In this document: positions 6,745 through 14,831 of the stretch, piece after piece | Layout of the letters: each line of letters opens with the position of its first letter | How positions within the stretch are numbered: the stretch's first letter is position 1 | Virus record (IMG/VR): IMGVR_UViG_3300045988_155769 | Strand: one strand, 5' to 3' | Length of the DNA: 35,729 nucleotides | Origin: a virus | Made by a program: the position numbers and the translations under genes | The notes under the pieces: model-generated | The model's database searches: none | Seen by the model: the letters and a program-made list of their open reading frames with translations, nothing else | What the model was told of the DNA's origin: nothing

Positions 6745-7095
6745 ATGAATAAAAAATTAAGAAAGATTATTAATCATTATGGATTAAATAAACAATTAAA
6801 ATACTTTCAAAGTGAGGTATTTGAGTTAAATGAGGCTATTATATCAGAGCGAAATAATGGCTGTTTAGAAAATGTAATTGATAGTGTATTTACAGTATTA
6901 TCACCATTAATGGGAACAAAGCATGTTAACTATAAAAAAGAGCATATAAAAGAGGAAATCGCTGATGTAATGGTTATGTTAAAACAAATTCAACTTTTCT
7001 ATAATTTTTCAACAAATGAAATTCAAGACATTATGAAATCTAAAATTGAAAGACAAATAAAAAGAATCGAGGAGGGTGACAATGGCAAAGAATAA
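6745..7095 (+). CDS. MazG-like nucleotide pyrophosphohydrolase
   Basis: The paired acidic helices (QSEVFELNEAI and IKEEIADVMVMLKQI) fit the all-alpha NTP-PPase pattern. GGAGGA lies upstream of the ATG at 6745. Confidence 0.55.
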   Translation: MNKKLRKIINHYGLNKQLKYFQSEVFELNEAIISERNNGCLENVIDSVFTVLSPLMGTKHVNYKKEHIKEEIADVMVMLKQIQLFYNFSTNEIQDIMKSKIERQIKRIEEGDNGKE

Positions 7096-7354
7096 ATTGG
7101 TAGATCTAAATGATCATCTATTTGCAGAATTAGAACGTCTTGGCGATGAAGATTTAAAAGGCGATGAACTAAAAGAAGAATTGGATCGTGCTAAGGCATT
7201 ATCAGATGTTAGCGAAAAAATAATAAATAATGCAAGTTTAATGCTTAAAGCAATTCATGAGCAAAATGAATATGGTACGGTTTCAAGAGATGTTCCAAAA
7301 ATGTTATTAGGAGTCACTCAAAATGAGGAAGATTTGGAATCAAGAAAAAGATAA
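7082..7354 (+). CDS. Hypothetical acidic protein
   Basis: GGAGGG RBS upstream of the ATG at 7082. Confidence 0.55.
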   Translation: MAKNKLVDLNDHLFAELERLGDEDLKGDELKEELDRAKALSDVSEKIINNASLMLKAIHEQNEYGTVSRDVPKMLLGVTQNEEDLESRKR

Positions 7355-8144
7355 TTATTTAAAAAAAATTCATAAAGGACGTTCTAATCAAGAAATAGCA
7401 GACTTAATGAATATGAAATTTGATACTAATTTTACTAAATTATCAATAAATAGTAGAAAAAGAGTATTAAAACTCATATCGAATTATAAATATATGCCTA
7501 AATATTCGCCAGAAATAATTAATTATATAAAGAAAAATCATAAAGGAAAATCTACGATTGAATTATCTGATGAGGTAAATAAAGTATTTAATATAGATAC
7601 TAATCCCGATAGTATTCAAAACCTTAAAAGCAGGATCAAAAGAACAGAAGGATTTATATTCGAGCCAGCTAAAAACGACGGTTGTATCAAAAAGGGTAAT
7701 ATTCCAATGAATAAAGGTAAAAAGTGGGATGATTACTTATCTAAAGAAAAACAAGAACGTTGTAGAAAAACAACTTATAAAAAAGGAAATAAATCGTCTA
7801 ATGCAGTTGATATTGGCGAAGAACACATGAGATATTCAGGGAGTAAGCCCGATGATTTAGGATATTTATATGTAAAAGTATGCGATGGTAAAGGCAATAA
7901 GAATTGGAAGCCTAAACAACAGATAGTATATGAACAACATTATGGTCCAATACCTCCAAAGCATAAAGTGATATTTGCTGATGGTGATAGATTTAATTTT
8001 AATCCGGATAATTTAATTTTAGTATCTAATTCAGAGGAATTAATCATGAATAAAAGAAAATTAAGATATAAAGATAAAGAATTAACTAGGACAGGATCAA
8101 TAATAGCAAAGGTTATTGATAAAACTAATAAAATCAAAAAATGA
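7323..8144 (+). CDS. HNH_3-like homing-endonuclease-related DNA-binding protein (catalytic His apparently replaced)
   Basis: Two HTH-like N-terminal modules are followed by LGYLYVKV...QQIVYEQHYGPIPPKHKVIFADGDRFNFNPDNLILVS. This aligns with the HNH_3 motif, with F at the His position. Confidence 0.5.
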   Translation: MRKIWNQEKDNYLKKIHKGRSNQEIADLMNMKFDTNFTKLSINSRKRVLKLISNYKYMPKYSPEIINYIKKNHKGKSTIELSDEVNKVFNIDTNPDSIQNLKSRIKRTEGFIFEPAKNDGCIKKGNIPMNKGKKWDDYLSKEKQERCRKTTYKKGNKSSNAVDIGEEHMRYSGSKPDDLGYLYVKVCDGKGNKNWKPKQQIVYEQHYGPIPPKHKVIFADGDRFNFNPDNLILVSNSEELIMNKRKLRYKDKELTRTGSIIAKVIDKTNKIKK

Positions 8145-8335
8145 AAGATTACGAACAGTTATACTATGATTCTCAATATGAGATTAAAAAATTAAAACAG
8201 AGAATCCAAGAATTAGAAAACGATTTAATGCTTGTTAAAAAATCAGATAAGAAAAAATTAGATATAAAAAAAGAAATCTTAAAAGAATTTAAAAATTATA
8301 AAAGCAAAGAGGTGAGTAAAAGTGAGAAAGTATAG
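8141..8335 (+). CDS. Hypothetical coiled-coil protein
   Basis: ATGA overlap start. Confidence 0.5.
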   Translation: MKDYEQLYYDSQYEIKKLKQRIQELENDLMLVKKSDKKKLDIKKEILKEFKNYKSKEVSKSEKV

Positions 8336-8627
8336 CGGTAGTTGGAATGCCGAGGAAATGAAAATCAATTTCAATCAAAAACAATGGCGACAAGATTTAG
8401 CAGCATTTATTAGTAAAAAAAGATATTGGTTTCAAACAAGAGTAAGCAGATCAAGAACTATTGAAAAGAAAACTAACTATAATGACGCAGTTAAAGAATT
8501 TAGTATTTATAATCCACATGGTGGTGAAGAAATTATTAGGTATATGAATAAAAATGAAATAGTTTATACAACCAATGAACAACTATTGTCAGAGTATTAC
8601 GAAACAAAAGGATTTAAAAGAGATTAG
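8322..8627 (+). CDS. Hypothetical protein
   Basis: GTG start 6 nt after GAGGTGA. Confidence 0.55.
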   Translation: MRKYSGSWNAEEMKINFNQKQWRQDLAAFISKKRYWFQTRVSRSRTIEKKTNYNDAVKEFSIYNPHGGEEIIRYMNKNEIVYTTNEQLLSEYYETKGFKRD

Positions 8628-8635
8628 GAGGAATT

Positions 8636-8890
8636 ATGAATTCTGGTAAAGATTTAATCGAGGAATTAAAAAAACGAGGATTTACCGAGAAAATGTATTT
8701 TGAATTAGGTAATTCGTTAATAAAAGAATATAAGGGTAAAGAATATCATTATTCAATTATACTTTCCTTCAAAGGAAATGTATATTTAACAAATTATGAT
8801 GAAAATAATTCAGGAACATTTTGTTTGAATTTAGATAAAGAATTTACGGATGATTTATTATTCATAGTTCCATTTGTAAATAAAGAATAA
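8636..8890 (+). CDS. Hypothetical protein
   Basis: AGGAGGA RBS. Confidence 0.6.
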   Translation: MNSGKDLIEELKKRGFTEKMYFELGNSLIKEYKGKEYHYSIILSFKGNVYLTNYDENNSGTFCLNLDKEFTDDLLFIVPFVNKE

Positions 8891-8918
8891 AAAGGGATTA
8901 TTTTTATAGGAGGATGTT

Positions 8919-10076
8919 ATGGAAATTGTAAATAAAAATATCGAAGAAATCAAAATGTATGAAAATAATCCTAGAAATAATGACGGTGCAGTTGAGTATG
9001 TTGCTAATTCAATAAAAGAGTTTGGATTCAAAGTTCCAATAGTTTTAGATAAAAACAATATTATTGTAGCAGGGCATACTCGATATAAAGCCGCAAAATT
9101 ATTAAATATAACAGAAATACCATGTATTATTGCTGATGATTTAAGTGATGAACAAGTAAAGGCATTTAGATTAATTGATAATAAAGCCGCAGAATTAGCA
9201 TCATGGGATATTGACTTATTAAACCTTGAATTAGAAAACATCAAAGATATAGACATGGAATTATTTGATTTTCAAATAAGCAATATTTTAGATAATGTTG
9301 TCGATGATGAGTATGAGGTAGAATTACCAGAAGATCCAAAAACAAAAAACGGAAATATTTATAAATTAGGAAATCATTATTTGATGTGTGGTGATAGTAC
9401 CAATGCAGAAGATGTTAAAAAATTAATGAATAATCAATTAGCAGATTTAATTGTTACCGATCCACCATACAATGTCAATTACGAGGGAAAAACTGATAAT
9501 AATTTAAAAATTATGAATGACAATATGGAAGATAATCAGTTTTATAGTTTTTTAGAATCAGCATTTATAAATCTATACGATTCAATAAAAGCAGGAGGAT
9601 CCATTTATGTATTTCATGCAGATACAGAAGGATTAAATTTTAGAAAAGCAATGATGAGTTCTGGATTCAAATTAGCAGAGTGTTTAGTATGGGTAAAGAA
9701 TGCATTTGTAATGGGACGTCAAGATTATCATTGGAAACATGAGCCAGTACTATATGGATGGAAGCCAGGAGCAAGTCATTATTTCATAAATGATAGATCA
9801 CAAAGCACAGTATTAGAGTTTGATAAGCCAATAAGAAACGAAGAACATCCTACTATGAAACCTATCGATTTAATTGCTTATTTGATAAATAATTCAAGTA
9901 AAAAAGATGAAATTGTATTGGACCTTTTCGGAGGTAGTGGAACAACGATGATTGCTTGTGAGCAGACTAATAGAAAAGCCTTTATTATGGAATTAGATCC
10001 AAGATATTGCGACGTTATTGTTGATAGATGGGAAAAGTTTACTAATCAGAAAGCCGAACTAATCAACGAGGAATAG
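8919..10076 (+). CDS. ParB-like nuclease domain fused to an N6-adenine (beta-class, N4/N6 family) DNA methyltransferase
   Basis: The N-terminal ParB motif reads GFKVPIVLDKNNIIVAGHTRYKAA. Motif IV is IVTDPPYNV, and the AdoMet motif is LDLFGGSGTTMIACE. Confidence 0.9.
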   Translation: MEIVNKNIEEIKMYENNPRNNDGAVEYVANSIKEFGFKVPIVLDKNNIIVAGHTRYKAAKLLNITEIPCIIADDLSDEQVKAFRLIDNKAAELASWDIDLLNLELENIKDIDMELFDFQISNILDNVVDDEYEVELPEDPKTKNGNIYKLGNHYLMCGDSTNAEDVKKLMNNQLADLIVTDPPYNVNYEGKTDNNLKIMNDNMEDNQFYSFLESAFINLYDSIKAGGSIYVFHADTEGLNFRKAMMSSGFKLAECLVWVKNAFVMGRQDYHWKHEPVLYGWKPGASHYFINDRSQSTVLEFDKPIRNEEHPTMKPIDLIAYLINNSSKKDEIVLDLFGGSGTTMIACEQTNRKAFIMELDPRYCDVIVDRWEKFTNQKAELINEE

Positions 10077-10078
10077 TT

Positions 10079-10372
10079 ATGAATGATAATTTCATAAAAA
10101 AAGATACTTTCGAGAGATTATGTGCATTACAATGTGAATTAAAAGAAATTGCGGGAGCCTTTGGAGTATCAGAAGAACAGGTAAGAGTGTGGTGCAAGAA
10201 TGTTTATCATAATGATTTTGAGGAGGTATATAGAAGGTTATCTAATAAAGGCAAAATATCAATTAGAAATTTACAATTCAAATTAGCAGAAAAAAGTCCG
10301 ACAATGGCTATCTATCTAGGAAAAGTTTATTTGAATCAAGATGATAAAGTGAATCAAGAAAATAAAGATTAG
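10079..10372 (+). CDS. Putative HTH DNA-binding protein
   Basis: CELKEIAGAFGVSEEQVRVWCKN is HTH-like, and the C-terminal ISIRNLQFKLAEKSPTMAIYLGKVYLNQ resembles small phage DNA-binding proteins. Confidence 0.5.
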   Translation: MNDNFIKKDTFERLCALQCELKEIAGAFGVSEEQVRVWCKNVYHNDFEEVYRRLSNKGKISIRNLQFKLAEKSPTMAIYLGKVYLNQDDKVNQENKD

Positions 10373-10385
10373 GAAGGTGAAAAAA

Positions 10386-10580
10386 ATGAAAAATAAAAAA
10401 ATATTAGAAATTGCTACAATAATGATATGTGTCGCTATTTGTTTAGCTTTAATAATATTTTTCTGTACTTTTTTAGAAATGCTAAATGATTATAGATGCT
10501 ATAATTTACCATTAAACGAATTTTTTAAAGATAAGAGATGTGAAAGATACTGGGATATGAAAAAATGGAGTGAAAAATGA
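10386..10580 (+). CDS. Small membrane protein
   Basis: TM segment ILEIATIMICVAICLALIIFFCTF. AGGAAGG lies 9 nt upstream of the ATG at 10386. Confidence 0.5.
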   Translation: MKNKKILEIATIMICVAICLALIIFFCTFLEMLNDYRCYNLPLNEFFKDKRCERYWDMKKWSEK

Positions 10581-10673
10581 TTATGATTTATATTTTAATG
10601 ATTTTGTTAATTATATTAATTTTATTTATTTATAGTTGTTTAAAAATATCTAGTATATGTGAGGATATAGAAA

Positions 10674-10976
10674 ATGAAAAAAATAGTAAATGATAAATTA
10701 TATGATACCAATAAAGCAACAATTATATTTGAATTTAGAAAAAAATTAAAGGGAGAAGACTGTTGGTTTAAAAAAGGATATGCCTTTTATTATTGGACTG
10801 ATGCACAAGTATACAAAACTTCCAAGGGCAATTATTTTTATCATTATAATGCTAAAGAAGAATATAACGAAATTATCGAGCCAACAACACTTGATAATGT
10901 AAAAAAACTAATTAAAATTTTAAATCCAGATAAATATATAGAATTATTTGGTGTAAATGATATTGAGGAGGCATAA
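10674..10976 (+). CDS. Hypothetical protein
   Basis: GAGGA RBS. The ORF is intact and tightly packed. Confidence 0.6.
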   Translation: MKKIVNDKLYDTNKATIIFEFRKKLKGEDCWFKKGYAFYYWTDAQVYKTSKGNYFYHYNAKEEYNEIIEPTTLDNVKKLIKILNPDKYIELFGVNDIEEA

Positions 10977-11188
10977 TGAAAGTAAATGATATTAAATTTG
11001 GAGATATAGTTATATATAGAAATGGTAAAGTAAATAATGTTAATAATCCATATAGATATAATAAATATTTTAATGATAATTTTGAAAATGTATCAAAAGG
11101 TACTGATTTTGATATTATGAGAATTCAAAGATATATAAAAATATTTGGATTTTATAAATTGAAAACAATTTATAGGAGGTACAAATGA
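10976..11188 (+). CDS. Hypothetical protein
   Basis: GAGGAGG RBS with a TAATG junction. Confidence 0.55.
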   Translation: MKVNDIKFGDIVIYRNGKVNNVNNPYRYNKYFNDNFENVSKGTDFDIMRIQRYIKIFGFYKLKTIYRRYK

Positions 11189-11331
11189 AATATTTATTAT
11201 TAGTATATTTAAAAAAAGGGCATACGGAATCTTATTATTCTAATGAACTTAAAGGTTTGAAAGAATATGCAGAATTTAGAAAATTCGATAATTTTAAACT
11301 GTTTGAACTAAAAGAGGTGGAAGAATGTTAA
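11185..11331 (+). CDS. Hypothetical 48-aa protein
   Basis: AGGAGG lies 5 nt upstream of the ATG at 11185, and the stop overlaps the next start (ATGTTAA). It is missing from the ORF track. Confidence 0.5.
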   Translation: MKYLLLVYLKKGHTESYYSNELKGLKEYAEFRKFDNFKLFELKEVEEC

Positions 11332-11579
11332 GCAACGATGAAATGAAATTATTAAATGAAATGAAAGATAATTGTATTAAACAAGCGAATTATGTAGATC
11401 CAAATGCAATGTTAAAATATAATTTATTGACAAAATTAAGTTTTATATCTCAAAAGATAGAAAATATACAAAAAATATTAGTTAATAGTAAAGAATATGC
11501 AATGGCGGTAGCAATGGAATTAAACGATAAGCAAAGTGTATTAATTGAAATTATTAACAAAATTGATAAGGAGGTATAA
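11325..11579 (+). CDS. Hypothetical protein
   Basis: GAGGTGG RBS. Confidence 0.6.
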   Translation: MLSNDEMKLLNEMKDNCIKQANYVDPNAMLKYNLLTKLSFISQKIENIQKILVNSKEYAMAVAMELNDKQSVLIEIINKIDKEV

Positions 11580-11581
11580 AG

Positions 11582-12016
11582 ATGGATGTTGTAGACTTAA
11601 AAACAAAAGTAAAAAATAAAGAAATCAATTTTTTCTTAAATGATGGTTATATTTATTGCAAAAATAATAAAACAGAAGAAATTGCTATTGTTGGAAATTA
11701 TTATTGTGTAGAAGTATCAGCAAAAGAAATAAAGATAATAGACGAGAATCATAATGTAATGCATCTTAATGAAATAAACGAAAAGCCTAATTTGATTTAT
11801 ATTAGCAAAAATACGGATTTAGCATTATTAAAATCATTAGGATTTCATTTATGTAGAGATGGACATTATGTTAAAAGAGTATATTTATGTAATGAAAATG
11901 ATGATAAGAATTTTTATGACATAGATCCAAAAACACGAATATTGAAATTAACTAGATTAGATGGTGATTTAGACGATACAATAATTAAATTAGTAAAGGC
12001 GGGATTTATAAGATGA
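11582..12016 (+). CDS. Hypothetical protein
   Basis: AAGGAGG RBS. Confidence 0.6.
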   Translation: MDVVDLKTKVKNKEINFFLNDGYIYCKNNKTEEIAIVGNYYCVEVSAKEIKIIDENHNVMHLNEINEKPNLIYISKNTDLALLKSLGFHLCRDGHYVKRVYLCNENDDKNFYDIDPKTRILKLTRLDGDLDDTIIKLVKAGFIR

Positions 12017-12249
12017 AATTTACATTCGGTGATATAGTAGTTGTCGATAAAATAGAAATTGGTGTCATTGTTAAGTGTTGGATACACAATGCCGATGCCG
12101 GTAAAGAGTTTAATTACGATGTTTATGTAAGAGAATATAACGGGATTAAAAACTATAAAGAAAATGAAATCGAAAGATATATGGTAAGACATAAGTATTT
12201 ATCAGAAGAAGAACAAGAGTATCAATATAATGCCATAAACGGCTTATAA
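12013..12249 (+). CDS. Hypothetical protein
   Basis: ATGA overlap start. Confidence 0.55.
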   Translation: MKFTFGDIVVVDKIEIGVIVKCWIHNADAGKEFNYDVYVREYNGIKNYKENEIERYMVRHKYLSEEEQEYQYNAINGL

Positions 12250-12401
12250 ATTGACCTCAAAAATATTAAAAAGTATCATAGATATAAAATAGGCATTAAA
12301 GCCTTATAAATACTAGCATTAGACTATATTAGTTAGGTGCAATATAATATAGTACATATCTTGCATCGAATATATAGGGTGAAAAGAGGTGAATATATGG
12401 C

Positions 12402-13259
12402 ATGAATAAAGAAGAATTAAAAACTAAATTAGATGAATTTATCGAAAATATAGAATTAGAAGAATTGGCAGACAAAACAATTCAGAGTTATAGAAATGCA
12501 GTTAATAAGTTTATAGATTATTTGCCTAATGAATTTGAAATCAATAAAAAATTGGTTATGGATTGGAAAAAGAAAATGCAAGAAGATGGATATGCCTTAA
12601 AATCAAGAAATCAATTTATTGTAGTTGTAAATAAGTTCTTATATTATCTAGGTTTAGAAGAATGTGTTGTTAAATTATTTAAAGAACAAGAAAAATCTAA
12701 CTTAGAAGAATATATCGAGCCACAAGAACATAAGCGAATGTTAAGATGGGCTAAAAAATTAAATAATATGGAAGCTTATTATATAATTAAAGTTTTTGCA
12801 ACATCTGGAGCAAGGGTAAGTGAATTAAAATATTTTACTGTTGAAAATTTAGATAGTAATTATATTAAAGGTGCTTATAACAAAGGTAAAGAAAGAATTT
12901 TAATTATGACAAATGAATTAAGGCGAGAATTAAAGCATTATTGCAAAGATAAAAAAATTAAAACAGGTCAAATATTCAGAAGTACAGATGAAAAATTTAT
13001 AAATGATCCTAATAAGATGATAAATGTATCGACAATTTGGCGATGGTTGAAAAAGATAGCACGTGCAGCAAAGATTAATCCTAATAAAATCCATGCACAC
13101 GCATGGCGACATTTATTTGCAAAACAATGTAAAGAAAATGGCATCGATTTAGACGAATTAGCTGATATATTAGGACATAAAAATATAAACACAACGGCTA
13201 TATATACAAAAACCTCAATGAAAGAGAAAAAACAAAAATTAGAAAAAATAAGGTATTAA
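12402..13259 (+). CDS. Tyrosine recombinase (XerC/D-like, phage-integrase family)
   Basis: N-terminal SAM-like domain (TIQSYRNAVNKFIDYL). Catalytic signature is ATSGARVSEL ... HAWRHLFA ... LGHKNINTTAIYT. Confidence 0.85.
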   Translation: MNKEELKTKLDEFIENIELEELADKTIQSYRNAVNKFIDYLPNEFEINKKLVMDWKKKMQEDGYALKSRNQFIVVVNKFLYYLGLEECVVKLFKEQEKSNLEEYIEPQEHKRMLRWAKKLNNMEAYYIIKVFATSGARVSELKYFTVENLDSNYIKGAYNKGKERILIMTNELRRELKHYCKDKKIKTGQIFRSTDEKFINDPNKMINVSTIWRWLKKIARAAKINPNKIHAHAWRHLFAKQCKENGIDLDELADILGHKNINTTAIYTKTSMKEKKQKLEKIRY

Positions 13260-13276
13260 AAATTGGAGGTATTTAT

Positions 13277-13495
13277 ATGAAAGATGAAATAATAGTTATC
13301 GAAAATCAAGCATTTCAATTATTATCAGAAAAAGATGCTATCATAGAACAAATCAAAAAGAATAATGTTGCTAGGAGTATGGTTTCAACAGAGCATTTAA
13401 TTTGTACAATTTCAATTATGAAAATACCAGATGATCAAGAAAGAAAAATTAGATTATTTGAAGAATTAGACAAATTAGCAGGAGTTATGGAATGA
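13277..13495 (+). CDS. Hypothetical protein
   Basis: GGAGG RBS. Confidence 0.6.
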   Translation: MKDEIIVIENQAFQLLSEKDAIIEQIKKNNVARSMVSTEHLICTISIMKIPDDQERKIRLFEELDKLAGVME

Positions 13496-13577
13496 TAATC
13501 TACTTTCTAATAGGTTTCATAATTGGTTATGTTGGCTTAGATCTATATTGCAAATTTAATGAAGAAAAGGTGATAAA

Positions 13578-13850
13578 ATGGAAGGAAAAATGGAGTTCGA
13601 GGAATTCGAAGAAAAATATCAAACATTAACAACAAAAGAACAAGAAAAAGTTGCTATTGAATTAGTAAAAAGTGTTTTGCAAGATAAAGACCAGGTAAAT
13701 TCAACAGTTTTTTCTAAAATGGTAGATATTCATTTAATCCAAAATTATCCAGATACAGAATATTATGAAATAATACCATTACAACGAAATACGATTGTAG
13801 AAAATCGATATTCGTATGAAGAATTTTTAATCAGAAAGAAAAAAGCTTAA
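13578..13850 (+). CDS. Hypothetical acidic protein
   Basis: AAGGTGA RBS. Confidence 0.6.
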   Translation: MEGKMEFEEFEEKYQTLTTKEQEKVAIELVKSVLQDKDQVNSTVFSKMVDIHLIQNYPDTEYYEIIPLQRNTIVENRYSYEEFLIRKKKA

Positions 13851-13909
13851 TAAATATCAAAATAGTAATCATAACTTACATGAATTATAGAAAGTAAGGG
13901 GTGATGCTT

Positions 13910-14356
13910 ATGTATGAAAAATACCACAGAAGTTGGTATTTGATGATTTTATCACAAAGAGATTTAGAAGATTCACAATCAAAATTAGATCAGATAGAAG
14001 AAGAATTAGTCAAAACAACAATATCGATGAAATCAGATATTACAGGAAAAGGTGGTTTTTCTGATAAAATGGCTTCATTGATTGCTAAAAAAGTTGATTT
14101 AGAAGATATTATCAAAGCACAGAGGACTTTATATAATACTCGTAAAAAAAGAATGAAAAAAGATTTAAGAAAACTTAAAGCAAGCGATGATGTTATGGAT
14201 GACATTTATAGACGTAAATTTGTAGACAAAGAAAAAGTAAAAAATATCGCTAGGGGGGTAAACTTTTCGAGAGAATACACTTACGACTTAATATCGAGAA
14301 TTCGCCGTAAAATTGACGAAATTCAAGACGAATTGAGGACAAAAAATAAAAAGTAA
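13910..14356 (+). CDS. Putative late-gene transcriptional activator (sigma-70 region-4-like C-terminal HTH; ArpU/RinA/DUF1492-like position)
   Basis: The C-terminal MDDIYRRKFVDKEKVKNIARGVNFSREYTYDLISRIRRKI resembles a region-4 HTH. It is the last gene before the packaging module, and an activator-type promoter lies immediately downstream. Confidence 0.45.
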   Translation: MYEKYHRSWYLMILSQRDLEDSQSKLDQIEEELVKTTISMKSDITGKGGFSDKMASLIAKKVDLEDIIKAQRTLYNTRKKRMKKDLRKLKASDDVMDDIYRRKFVDKEKVKNIARGVNFSREYTYDLISRIRRKIDEIQDELRTKNKK

Positions 14357-14358
14357 AC

Positions 14359-14392
14359 ATCTTACAAAATCTTACAAAACTTGTGTTATAAT
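14359..14392 (+). promoter_or_regulatory. Candidate late promoter: tandem TCTTACAAAA repeats plus an extended -10
   Basis: atcttacaaaatcttacaaaac is followed by TGtTATAAT (14384-14392). No good -35 is present. Confidence 0.5.
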
Positions 14393-14531
14393 GTTATTGT
14401 GAGATTATTATAAAATGGCTTACATCTGTTAGTTCTTTACTCACAGTTTGGAACTTATAGAGGTTTTGAGTGTTGCACCAATTAAGCAATGCTTTTTTTT
14501 TAATTTTTTTTTGAAAGGTGGTGCGAAAGTT

Positions 14532-14831
14532 ATGAGTAAGAAAGATGCAAAGAATACACCAGCTAAAAAGGATGATTCAATGGTAGAGGTAAGAGTAATC
14601 AACAATTTCCTAGACAAAACAAAAAATAAAAAGTTCATGTCAGTTGATACTGTTTATAAGACAGATAAAGACAGAGCTGATGAATTAGTTAGACTAGGTT
14701 ATGTTGTATATGTTGCCGAAGATCCAAATGCTAATGGTAATGTAGATCCAAATGCTGATGGAAACGAAGATCCAAATGCTGATGGAAACGAAGATCCAAA
14801 TGCTGATGATTCAAATGTCCCAAACGAATAA
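14532..14831 (+). CDS. Hypothetical protein with C-terminal (E/V)DPNA(D/N)GN tandem repeats
   Basis: AAAGGTGG RBS upstream of the ATG at 14532. The track start at 14448 would read through a T-run leader. Confidence 0.65.
   Translation: MSKKDAKNTPAKKDDSMVEVRVINNFLDKTKNKKFMSVDTVYKTDKDRADELVRLGYVVYVAEDPNANGNVDPNADGNEDPNADGNEDPNADDSNVPNE
14718..14813 (+). repeat. Four tandem in-frame copies of a 24-bp unit
   Basis: Units are at 14718, 14742, 14766 and 14790. Units 2 and 3 differ by one base, and copies 1 and 4 are more diverged. Confidence 0.9.

Noticed and set aside
10577-10693. 38-aa hydrophobic ORF (MIMIYILMILLIILILFIYSCLK...) and a similar 45-aa ORF at 13492-13629
   Set aside because: Both start at ATGA overlaps and could be small membrane proteins. 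They lack clear RBSs and overlap the next gene by 20-50 nt, so support is too weak to call them as features.
14448-14531. N-terminal extension of the ORF at 14448-14831 given in the track
   Set aside because: It would translate the promoter leader and a poly-T tract (CFFFNFF). A proper RBS (AAAGGTGG) precedes the ATG at 14532.
14718-14813. The 24-bp tandem array considered as a CRISPR-like or minisatellite regulatory element
   Set aside because: It has no spacers and is in frame within a CDS, encoding a peptide repeat.
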